A stretch of DNA of 64,000 nt from positions 68,014,001-68,078,000 of the forward strand of contig OX597822.1 in assembly GCA_951406725.2 (NCBI GenBank). The letters run 5' to 3'. Shown piece by piece: positions 27,719 to 40,877 of the stretch. The stretch comes from Octopus vulgaris. Taxonomy: Eukaryota. The notes beneath the pieces were generated by a model. It worked only from the letters and a program-made list of their open reading frames with translations. It had not been told where the DNA came from and did no database searches. Position 1 is the first letter of the stretch; the number at the start of each line of letters is the position of its first letter. A program made the translations under genes and the position numbers.

Positions 27719-27958
27719 TGTATGTATGTATGTATGTATGTATGTATGTATGTATGTATGTATGTATGTATGTATAAAATTCTATAATCATAAACATAAT
27801 TATAATCAGAGTTTAGCCAAATTACTTCATTACATACCGAAATTTAGAAATAGCTGTTAAATACTAATCTACTACCATAAGATATCTCCCAGACAGCAAT
27901 AATCTCGACTTACACAGGCAAGGAGAAAAAAAATAACGAATCCACCCGGTTTTGATTA

Positions 27959-28027
27959 ACAATATACGCGTTTCTGGATTAAAGATATGTAAAATTAAGC
28001 ATACCTTATTTACGTCATCAGTATAGT
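27959..28027 (-). ncRNA. Penelope-type minimal hammerhead ribozyme motif within an AT-rich repeat (about 27780-28150)
   Basis: Minus strand actata-CTGATGA-(stem II aaggtatg/catatctt)-GAAAC-GC-GTA-tattgt; palindromic ACGCGT stem III; base of stem II is mismatched. Confidence 0.6.
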
Positions 28028-28185
28028 ATTATTTCAATTATAAATTTAAGACCACTAGTAATTAAGATATCTATTAGACCAAGCGCTACGAACAAGATTA
28101 ATACCCAAAAACCAGTACTTCCGAATTTATACAGACGAGTTAGGGCTTGATTATATATGCATACATACATGTATGTAATTTTTAG

Positions 28186-28286
<101 letters not shown>

Positions 28287-28394
28287 TTCGGCAGAAGAAA
28301 AGATGTACAGATAATCGTGTATTTTTAGCTCTATTTCCCGGTTTGCATCAACAAAACTATATATTTACAAGATGAGATTATATATATTTTCACG

Positions 28395-28429
28395 ATTCCA
28401 CGTTTCGAGCGAAGCTCTTCGTCAGAAAT
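28395..28429 (-). ncRNA. Minimal hammerhead motif, probably inactive (GUG at the cleavage triplet)
   Basis: Minus strand attt-CTGACGA-A-GAGC-ttc-GCTC-GAAAC-GTG-gaat. Confidence 0.5.
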
Positions 28430-28488
28430 ATAGAAAAAGTCCAAAGAAGGGAAGACGGAGAAAGAAAATCGCCAACGATAAACACGCG

Positions 28489-28557
<69 letters not shown>

Positions 28558-29974
28558 TAGTTCAAATTTACAGAAGACAAATGACGAAGACAGGTGAAGG
28601 AAGAAGTAGGTGTAATAGTTTGACACTCGAGAGGAATGGAAATGTTTTTGACGTCTCCAGCCTACACTCTTCGGCAGAAAGGAATGAGAGGAAATATATA
28701 TTTATATATATATGGTGCATCAGCATGGCCGCAGCTCTGAGCTGAAACTAGAAAGAAAAAAAATATATATATATATATATATTTATTATATAGGATACTT
28801 ATATAGTGTATTATACACGCATTCACGCACGCACACAAACGCGTGCCTGCGTATGCACATATGCATGAACATAAATGCGTGCGGTGTCTTATATATACTT
28901 GTAGATACGTGCATGCATCTGCATATATGTTTGTAGGTATAACCGAATGTAAAGTGAGCAAAAGAAAGCGTGTTTGTGTGAGGGAGAGAGAGGGAGGGAG
29001 AGAGAGAGCGCGATGGAGAATATAAGGACGGGTGTACTAGTTCATTAAGAAAGGAAAATAAGTTGGAAAAATGGGGGAACAAGCAGCAAGATTAATTGGA
29101 GGACTTAAGGAACAGGAAGCTAGCCTCGGAATATGTAGCTATGACTATGAAGAAGCTATTGAAGAATTATGTGACGGAGCAAATAACGATAAATAATATT
29201 CTTCTTCTTTTTTCTCCTCCTCCTCCTCCTCCCTTCTTCTTCTTCTTCTTCTTCTTCTTCTTCTTCTTCTTCTTCTTCTTCTACATTTTCTTTATTTTTG
29301 TTTTTGTCTTTTCATCTTTTTTCCTTCTAGGTTTATGTTTGTTTTTTGTTATGACTTTTTATCCATGAATAACAACAAAATACAGTAAAATCCAATTTAT
29401 GAAACTATAAACCATTTATCAGTCCCACTTTGTTTATTTGTTTGTTTGTTTGCTTTATATTCAGGGCCTATGAGTCATTCCTAAAAATGTTTTGCATCGT
29501 TAGTATATTCCATAAAGTGTAGCTCAGTAAATATGGCTAACTCTAGCCATTGCGTTCTATAATATAGTTATCTTTAAGTATGATTGTGCGCTTATGTAAT
29601 TCGGATGTTATTTTTCTTGCCGAAATGACCGAAAATGATCATATATATTGTTGAATAAATTGGCAAAAATGGCCGGATACCTTCGAGCAACAGGCAAAAT
29701 GTTTTCACTTTTTATTTGACTATATACAGGTATGATTGGACATTGCAGGATGAGAAATGAGAATAAACAATTAGAGTGCAAAGATGGCTTAATCTTCCAC
29801 ACTGCTTCTCTTAATGAATTCAACATTTTTGAACGGTTCTCTCTTCTTTCATAGTGCATAATCTGGCCAAATATGCAAGCGTAATTTTTATATTTGGTGT
29901 TGGATTAGGAACAACCACAAAAATTATTACCCGTGTAGTGCGAGTGTATAAAGATATATATATATATATATATA

Positions 29975-30149
29975 TGCAGACGTGGCTGGCTGTGTGGTAA
30001 GAAGCTTGCTTCCCAACCACATGTTTTGGGGTTCACTCCCACTGCGTAGAACATTGCCAAGTGTCTTCTACTATAGCTTCGAGCCGACCAAAGCCTTCTT
30101 TAAGGATTTGGTAGACGGAAACTGAAATAAGCGCGTGTCGTGTATATAT

Positions 30150-30218
<69 letters not shown>

Positions 30219-30675
30219 ATTAGAGACAAAACCACTATTAAGCAAATCAAACAATGAAAGACTTAAGCCAATACATATGATTAATTTATATTATTTAAAT
30301 ATATAACAAACTTATTAAAAAAAATATAATTAATATCACACTACGATCGTTTCATGCCTGCTAACATCTTCAAATTTTTGAGTCGCAGTCATTCATCAGG
30401 TGGTTTAAATATTTTTCTTGGCGAGGTTTAAACATATATATGTATGTATTATGTATTAGGTATGTATGCATGTATATGTTTGTGTGTCTGTGTTCGTTCC
30501 CCCACCATCGCTTGACAACCGATGATGGTGTGTTTATGTCCCCGTAATTTAGCGGTTCGGAAAAGAGAACGATAGAATAAGTACTAGGCTTACCAAAATA
30601 TGTCCTGGAGTCGATTTGTTCGACTAAAGCAGTACTCCAGCATGGGCCGCACTCAAATGACTGAAACAAGTAAAA

Positions 30676-30678
<3 letters not shown>
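29975..30678 (+). mobile_element. SINE-A interrupted by an AT-rich Penelope-like insertion (about 30210-30440)
   Basis: 5' half to about 30142, 3' half 30470-30678. The insert's start is an inverted homologue of about 11900-11960 and it carries a minus-strand TTGAAGA...GAAACGATCGTA motif. Confidence 0.8.
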
Positions 30679-30736
<58 letters not shown>

Positions 30737-30962
30737 CATACATACATATATGTATGCGTGTGTACCTACCTATAATATATATACATATATATATGCATAC
30801 GTATATGTATATGCGTATATACATATAATACACACACACACACACACATATATATATATGTATATATATATATACATATATATATATACATATATATATT
30901 TATATATATTTATATATTTATATATATACATATATATATATATACATATATATGTATTTATT

Positions 30963-31003
<41 letters not shown>

Positions 31004-31319
31004 ATGTATAACACATATATGCCTGATTAATAACCATCACCTTCCAAATGAAAATAGGAAATACCTTAAATATCAACAAGTAAGCTAACTGAGAAGCTAA
31101 AACATACCACTTGCTTACATTTTGTTTTAGAATACCTTAAGATTTCATAATGAAAAAGTTGACGCAGCCAGTCATTAAGGTTTTAAATACTCGACCTTGT
31201 ACCTTTGATCTTTAATCCATAGTCAAAATAATGGATTAAATCCAATAAAACCAAAAATAACTAAACTACTAACCTTCCGAACGTAAAGACGTGTAATGAC
31301 AAATCTATTAGTCTACCAA

Positions 31320-31795
31320 TTGACATCCATCAAGCTCAGCATCAACCAGTTAGTTGAGCAACATCCATACGATTCGCCATCGTCTCCGTTCACCACCACA
31401 TCATCCACCAGTCTGACATCCACCAACACAACACAGCCCGTCACCCTTCCTATCAGCGAGCACGTCGTCCCCAGACTCTCACCGTCCGCAACCCTTACCT
31501 TCCACCATCTTACCATCAACCACTTTTATCCCGCACTCCTTTCCATTTCCACCCTCCACATCCCCCACCACCCACAACCTTCAATATCCACCATTCAACA
31601 TCATACATGTAGAACCCTCGTTATGCATAATGTCACCATGCGGGAATCCTCACCGTAATACAGCTTTCATCTTCCACTCTCTCTCCACCGCCATCACCTT
31701 CACACACTCCATTCCACAACTTTATCCTTCACCTCCCTCACCACCATCACCTCATCAACCACTACGCCCTTCCCCCTTACCCGACCACCACCCGT
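31320..31795. repeat. C/A-rich low-complexity tract (degenerate CAC/CCA/CAT)
   Basis: Strong C-over-G skew; yields Thr/Ser/Pro/His-rich ORFs with no recognisable domain. Confidence 0.7.
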
Positions 31796-32020
31796 ATAAT
31801 GGAAAGATTTTTATTCAGAATTTGATGGGAGATTTTAAGTTGTTGCGAATGATAAATAGCAACTGGCGGAATTCCAGTTGTGGTAACTTGTCAAAGAATG
31901 AAAAAAGAAGGTCAAGAGAAGAAGAAGAAAAAGACAATAATGCTGGTGATGGTAACGATGACGATGATGATAATGTAGAACACATATATACAGAAACATA
32001 CACATACTTACATATATATG

Positions 32021-32088
<68 letters not shown>

Positions 32089-32372
32089 TACATATATATA
32101 TACATATATACGTATACATATATATACATCTACATATATACATATATATATGTGTGTGTGTATATTTGTGCACACACAAATACACACAGACGCAGACATA
32201 TATAGAGACAGGGGAGAGGGAGGGAGAGGATGAGAGAGAAGGAGGAGAGAGGAGGGAGAGGGAAGGAGAGAGAGAGTCCGTATTTGTATGTGTTTGTGTG
32301 TATGTGCATGTCTCTGTATGTGACTCTGTGTGTGTGCGTGTGTGTGTGTGTTTGTGTGTGTGCATGTTTGTA

Positions 32373-32429
<57 letters not shown>

Positions 32430-33284
32430 AAGAGAGAGCGTAATACAGAATATCATCATTGAAACAAGAAATTATTTTATGCGTAAAAGGATTTTTACAG
32501 AACTGAAAATGAACTGACAAAAAAAAAAAAAAAAAGGAACGTTAACTGCGTCTGTATATTACTGATATTTTGAATATATTTCGTACGTAGATCTAGTTAA
32601 CGGGGAAAAATAATACTTTAACTACATATCGAAAAAAATATATATAAACTTACATTAAACTATCACCCCTGACGTACATGTATGTTTCAGGTCCCCATAT
32701 TAATTATTAATATTAATATTAATCTACACGTGTTACCTTCATCACTGATAGATTTTATAAGTGGCTGTGGACGAAGAAAATATTTAAAATAATGCAGGAA
32801 TTAGTAAAATAAAGTGAAACTCCATTTCATTTTGTTTACATTATTGGACGGATGTGTGTCCGCATTTTGTTTGTTGTTACAACAGCGTTTCGGCTGTTGT
32901 AACAACATACTGGGGTCGATCTAATCGACTAACCCCTCCCGCAAAATTTCGGGCCTTCTGCCTAGAGTAGAAGAGCATATACAGTGAGTTACATAGTTCC
33001 CGAAAGTCTCTATCAGCAGCCGTTCTTATCCTTCAACTGTTCATGAAGAAAGACGTATTCCAAATCAGATGCCAACCACCTCAGAAATGTCCTCATCAGT
33101 AGTAAATACATGATACATTTATAGTTCGTCACTTTCCCTTTTTTTTATCTTGGTTTATGTTTTTCTTTTGTTATACAAACGTATGAAACTTTCAAACTAG
33201 AGGCTTTTGACTCCGTCTGAATCAGACGATTTCCAATTTCGTATTTTTTTTTATTTCTGTTTATTCCAGTATTTAAAGGGTAAA

Positions 33285-33608
33285 GACCCCCTTCGGTCAT
33301 GAATGACCATGGGATTGCACCTAGAAAGTTACCCTCCTAGACACAAGTCCGGGCAAGGTTGTTTATGGAAGGCCAGCAGTCGCCCATGCATACCAGCCTC
33401 CCCTCTCCACGCCACCAGTGTTATCCAAGGGAAAGACAAAGGTCGATACAGCTCGGCACCAGTGACGTCACAACTCATTTCTACAGCTGAGTAAACTGGA
33501 GCAACGTGAAATAAAGTGCCTTGCTCGAGAACACAACACGCAGCCCGGTCCGGGATTCGAGCTCACAACCTCACGATCGTAAGCTCGACGCTCTAACCAC
33601 TGAGCCAC
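33285..33608 (-). mobile_element. SINE-D, tail Z
   Basis: Reverse-complement homologue of 27307-27632. Confidence 0.88.
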
Positions 33609-34235
33609 TTATTGTAGTTTGATTTTTATTAGTCTCATCCTCAATCAATTTTTTATTTTTGCTGTGCATTTGTGGTCTTGCTTTGATGTATTATAAAATT
33701 TTTATCTACGACAGACTGTGGAGTTAAAAAAAATAACTCGCTTTGCAGAAATGAGTTCGGATCCATTGCGCGACAGCTTGGGCAAGTAACTTCTACAATA
33801 ACTACGGACCGATCAATATTTTATATGAGTGAATTTTGTAGACGGAATTTTGTAGACTGTGTTGAAGCTCGTCGTGTATGTGTGTGCGTGTGTCGTTGTG
33901 TCTGAATATTAAGCAGAATTCTTTCACTGATAGAACATAAATATTCCTTCCGCTGTTAATTAGCAAACGATATATTTTATTCAAACGTCTTTACACAGCG
34001 TTTATCTACCTATCTTTCTAGCTAGCTAGCGAGGTATCTACCTATTTCTATGCCTGTCTGCCTTCCTAACTATCTATCTCATAACTACACACACACACAC
34101 ACACACACACACGTACATGTATTGTGTATGTACATATATTTATATTACATTCATGCGTATGTATACACACACATATAAATATATTACATAAAAACACATA
34201 TCTAGCTACACACACCTGTGTCACTGCTTCTTTGA

Positions 34236-34280
<45 letters not shown>

Positions 34281-34772
34281 ATTATATTTTTCTTATCTCT
34301 CCAGAATGTATGTATGCGTCAGGTGTAATTGATATTTTCTTTGTAAAACACCAGAATTCCTTTTTCTCTTTTTCGTTTTTCTTTATAGTTGAAGAAAGCT
34401 GACTCAGCACATGTTTATTTGACCTTCACTCCCATTTTCCAATATCGCCCCTGTACTTTATTCTATTTCAGTTTTAATTGATCCCTAATATTTCCACGAC
34501 AAGCGGAGCTCCCCTATTCAGAATATAGGGACGTTATTTACTTGTCTATACATCACGTTAGCGTTTCCCTATATATAAAGGCATGTAAATACTGATTTGG
34601 AAATCCCTTTTGGATATAAAAGAAGTTGAAGGTAACTCGTGGAACGCAAAACCACATTTCTAACCACGTTTTTTTTATCCAAAGAGGTTTTTAACCCAAT
34701 ATTTATATACTATTTATTATCTATAGCTTTATGCGCTTCGAGACACACTGTTCTACAAAAAGAATCATACTT

Positions 34773-34852
<80 letters not shown>

Positions 34853-34941
34853 TGTGCGTATGTGTGTGTGTTTGTGTTTGTGCGTGTGTGTGTGTGGTTG
34901 ATGTTACAAGAATTTATAAACTTTTAACAGAAATTAAAATA

Positions 34942-35171
34942 ATTCTTTTTTGGAGCAGTGGATCTCGAAGCACATAAAGCCATATATAAAGGCATGTAAA
35001 TACTGGTTTGGAAAACCATTTTGGATTTTAAAAATGTTCAAGGCTGCTTGTGGTACACGAAACCACATCTCTAATAACTTTTTTCTCCAAAGAGGTGTTT
35101 TTAAACCCAATATTTGTATACTATTATCTATAGTTTTATGCACTTCGAGATACATTGTTCCACTAAAAGAA
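34942..35171. mobile_element. MITE with about 45-bp imperfect TIRs; partial copies at 34566-34775 and 36286-36362 (inverted)
   Basis: ttcttttttggagcagtggatctcgaagcacataaagccatata / tatagttttatgcacttcgagatacattgttccactaaaagaa; each right arm runs into (GATA)n. Confidence 0.65.
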
Positions 35172-35207
35172 GCATACAAGTAGAGAGACAGATTGACAGA
35201 TAGATAG

Positions 35208-35284
<77 letters not shown>

Positions 35285-36014
35285 CATACATACATACATG
35301 CATATAGTCGTATAATTACATACAGACGTGCCGTGGCTCACGTGCCAATCATGTATATCTTCATACCTATATGAACATAGAACCATTTCTCAATGGAACG
35401 GAATGGAGAGTAAAACACGTAACTATTTTCCTCGTAATTATTAATGGGACTCTTAAAGCACAGAATGCACTCTCCATCTAAACGAGACGAATAAAATACG
35501 TTACACTAAATTTTACGGTACTATAACAATCGAGTGTTGCCAAGCCACATATAGTCTACATTATGCTGGAGACATTTTGTTGCCTGCAGTTGAAGTATAT
35601 TGTTAAAAGCGGAAGTTACGGATGGAATAAGTTGGCATGATTCAGAAGAGAAAAAAATTATTTCAAAGGAGAGGCCAGACAAAAAGTTTATTCACCAATA
35701 ACAGGTTTCACTCTCTTCATTAAACTGGAATAATATATCAATGCTATTGAATTTTTATATAGGCATGTGTGTGTACGTACGTACGTACATGTATGTATGT
35801 ATGAATGTATGTATGTATGTATGTATGTATGTATGTATGTATGTATGTATGTATGTATGTATGTATGTATGTATGCATGTATGTACGTACGTACGGATGT
35901 ATGTATGTATGTATGTATGTATGTATGTATGTATGTATGTATGTATGTATGTATGTATGTATGTATGTATGTATGCATGTATATATATATCCATGCGTGT
36001 ATGTATGTACATGT

Positions 36015-36076
<62 letters not shown>

Positions 36077-36656
36077 CTTTCTCTCTGTCACTTTCTCTGT
36101 CTATCTATCTCTCTCTCGCTCACTTTCTCTTTCTCTCTGTCGCTTTCTCTGTCTGTCTATTTATCTATCTATCTATCTATCTGTCTGTCTGCCTGTCTGC
36201 CTCTCTGCTTGCCTGTCTGTTTGTCTATCTGTTTATCTATCTATATATCTATCTATCTATCTATCTATCTACCTGTCGATCTGTCTCTATAAGTATGATT
36301 CCTTTTGTGGAACAGTGTGTCTCGAAGCGCAGAAAGCTATAGATAACAAATAGTATACAAATATACATGCATGACTGTATGCATGATTGTATATGTATTT
36401 TTATATTATGTATGTATGTATGTATGTATGTATGTATGTATGTATGTATGTATGCATGTATGTATGTATGAATGAATGTATGTATCTATGTATGTGGTAT
36501 TTGTCTGTGCGTGCGTGTATATCAGTGTGCTTATGTGAGGTGTGTGTATATGTGTGAGCCTATACATGCACGCACGGATACATTCTTCAATGAATATACG
36601 TATATATGTCATGTATGTTCACAAATGTTTGTATGTATTTATATTATGTATATGTG

Positions 36657-36960
36657 GGGGCGCAATGGCCCAGTGGTTAGGGCAGCGGACTCGCGGACGG
36701 AGGATCGTGGTTTCGATTCCCAGACCGGGCGTTGTGTGTGTTTATTGAGTGAAAACACCTAGAAGCTCCACGAGCCTCCGGCAGGAGGGGCACCCCTGTT
36801 GTACTCTTTCGCCACCACTTTCTCTCACTCTCTCTTCCTGTTTCTTGAGTAACGCTGCGATGGACTGGCGTCCCTTCTAGCTGGGGGCAGGGGAACACAT
36901 ACGCCACAGTAAACCGGGAAACTTGGCCCATGAGCCTGGCTAGGCTTGAAAAGGGCGACG
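36657..36960 (+). mobile_element. SINE-C full length, tail X
   Basis: ggggcgcaatggcccagtggttagggcagcggactcgcggacggaggatcgtggtttcgattcc tRNA-like head followed by an unrelated body. Confidence 0.88.
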
Positions 36961-36978
36961 TTTATCGTTTTTATATTA

Positions 36979-37030
<52 letters not shown>

Positions 37031-37246
37031 CGGGAAGCTTTATGAAAATAAACAAAAGACGAAGGCAGGTGGAATACAAATAAACAATTGTATTAGTATG
37101 GCGCTCAGGAATATAAATAAAACAAGTCTTTTACGTTTCGAGCCTACGCCCTTCAACAGAAAGATACACAGAAAAGAAACACGGAGAGAAACAAGGAGAG
37201 AAAAAAATACGTGCAGAAGCTAGCGAATCGACATGGCGATAGTGTG

Positions 37247-37280
<34 letters not shown>

Positions 37281-37843
37281 AACGCGTATATATATGCATG
37301 CGTGTGTCATGTTTTAAGAATTTATATATGTATGTATTTATGTATATGTATATGGAGTATATTTTCCTTGTTACCTATCTCTAATTCGTTCACTCACATT
37401 GTGTGTGTATGTGTGTGTTTGGATGTGTATGTGTTTGTTCGTGTGTGTGTGTGTGTGTAGCATTCATTTACTCGTTACTTTCCAACAAGCCTAGCATGCA
37501 ATACTCCTGCACCTCTTATCTTAGCTCTCCCCATCTCTCTCTCTATCTATATTTATCAAAATTTATCAATCTCTGTCTATCTCTCTTTTACTTTCTCTAT
37601 ACAATATATAGCGTGATGAAGAAATGCTGCTAAGCATTTTGTCTGAAGTGCTAACAATTCTACCTGCACGCCGTTTTGAAGATACGAAAATATCAGAAGC
37701 AATTATGAACCATGGAGCTGGGGTGAACCGACAAGATATTAATGTAACCAGCAATTTTACAGAAGAATACAACATTTCAATTTAAAGCTGGTGAATTTCA
37801 AGCTCTTCGCTATCACTCTAAATAAATACTGTCTCAATGTAAA

Positions 37844-38263
37844 GGCGACGAGCTGGCAGAAACGTTAGCACACCGGACGAAATGCTTAGCGTTATTTTGT
37901 CTACCGTTACTTTCTGAGTTCAAATTCCGCCGAGGTCGACTTTGCCTTTCATCCTTTCGGGGTCGATAAATTAACTAATCGACTTAATCCCTTTGTCTGT
38001 CCTTGTTTGTCCCCTCTATATTTAGCCCCTTATGGGCAATAAAGAAATAAGAATCGTTAGCACACCGGACGAAATGCTTAGCTTTATTTCGTCTGGTGTT
38101 AGGTTCTGAGTTCAATTCCACCGAGGTCGACTTTGTCTTTCATCCTTTCGGGGTCGATTAAATAAGTACCAGTTATGCACTGGGGTCGATTTAATCAACT
38201 TAATCCCTTTGCCTGACCTTGTTTATCCCCTCTGTGTTTAGCCTCCTGTGTGCAATAAAGAAA
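37844..38263 (+). mobile_element. SINE-B dimer
   Basis: Second unit restarts at agaatcgttagcacaccggacg directly after aaagaaata. Confidence 0.9.
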
Positions 38264-38718
38264 AATATATTCAATGTAAGTAATGATGTGCCAAAACTCG
38301 CACATATTACTAAGATCGCAACGATGCGCAGAAGCCTGCTAAGCTGGATGCTAAAATTATTCTGTAAAAGAGAAAGCAAGGAACCATATAGGTTCTGTGA
38401 ATTTCTCCGCCGTCTAGACTATTGATCCCTACTATGGTATTCACATTGGGATAATCTAACGCTAGAAGTGAAAGCAATCCTATGTTACAAGACACAGAAA
38501 GAAAAAAAAACATGGTTTCAATCCAACAAGTGATTTACTGAAAATAGTTGAAAGGGCTGATACAATGGAGCACTGGAGCGAAGACAGGAAATATTTGAAG
38601 CAATTTCTATTCGGGCGATCCTAGAAGGGCTGGCATCAACCTCCGGTATTAAAAGCTATACTGATCAACGAAATTGTAAATGCATATATGTATGTATTTA
38701 TGAATATATAAATATTTT

Positions 38719-38772
<54 letters not shown>

Positions 38773-38971
38773 AGTGTGTTTGTATGTATGTGCGCGTGTG
38801 TGTATGTGAATGAGTGTGTACGTATGCCGGTATGTATGTATTATGTGTGTATATATTATATTATGTTTCTATATATAGGTACATACGTGCATGTTTATAT
38901 ATATATATATGTGTGTGTGTGTGTACATGTATATCTATATATAGAGAGAGAGACAGACAGACATAAATATA

Positions 38972-39066
<95 letters not shown>

Positions 39067-39194
39067 TATACCGATATGTATGTGCGTGAGACAGTTAATA
39101 TGCAATGCTATGTATTATGATACAAATGGAGGCAGCATGTTGCATATTTGATACAATCCAGATGTTTATGTATATCGATTCACAAATACTTAAA

Positions 39195-39239
<45 letters not shown>

Positions 39240-39558
39240 TCCTATGTATGTCTGCTTATTAATGCGCGCATACCTGTTTGCATATAATTGTGCTTGCATG
39301 CATTGATTTCTTGCATTCTTGAATTGCTTTGATGTAATAACAGGAATGGAATAGAAAAAGAAATACGTATTTTTAACATAGGTGGAAGCTCAACCGTTTC
39401 ATTCACTCCGCTTTTTGTGAATTTCCTTTTGAATATATTTGTGGGTGAGTAATTAAATATGTATGTGCCTCAGTCGGTCTATCTATCTATCCCTCCATCT
39501 ATCTGTCTATCTGTCTGTGTGTCGGTCTATATTTGTCTACCATTTTATTTAGCTATCA

Positions 39559-39621
<63 letters not shown>

Positions 39622-39694
39622 ACATACATATATACATACACACACATACATATATATAGACATATATATTCATATATATATATATGTATATATA

Positions 39695-39734
<40 letters not shown>

Positions 39735-39794
39735 TACACACATAAATACATAAATACATATATATATACGTATCTCTCATTCTCTCTTTTTCTA

Positions 39795-40049
<255 letters not shown>

Positions 40050-40061
40050 ATAAATGGGGGG

Positions 40062-40096
<35 letters not shown>

Positions 40097-40423
40097 CAGT
40101 AAGCACAAATATGTATGTATGTATGTAATGTTTGTATGTATGGTATGAAAGTAGAAAATGAAAATACACACCTAATATCAGATTCAAATGAATGTTTTCG
40201 TGATATATTTTTCTTCTCTCCATGGCGATATGCTGATAAGGATGAAGTCAAGAATCAAAGTTCTTCTATATACGTAATACATGAAGAGCCTTCATTCCTA
40301 GGTCATTCACCTTGATCATGCATACATACATACAAACGTACATACATTCTTACATCCACCCATCCATTCACACTTATATACTTCCATACGTATGCATGCA
40401 TAGATAGATAGATAGATACATAA

Positions 40424-40527
<104 letters not shown>

Positions 40528-40841
40528 ATAGAAAGAAAGAAACATACAGATATGCATACATCACGCGTTTGATATGTATATGCATACAGATATGCATATG
40601 CACGAGCTTGAATTCACAAACACACATTCCCGCACGCATATTTATGCATCTCACATATATGTATGTATATTTATGTAGGTTATATACGTACATGTATGTG
40701 TATATATGTTTATGTAGGTTACATATATATATGTATGTGTATGTTTATATATACACACACATGCATATATATACTCATGTGTATGCATGCATACATATAT
40801 ATATATAAAGATATATATGCATATACACATATATATATACT

Positions 40842-40877
<36 letters not shown>

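Noticed and set aside
31296-31658. 120-aa Thr/Ser/Pro-rich mucin-like ORF
   Set aside because: Explained by C/A-rich low complexity; no splice or homology support.
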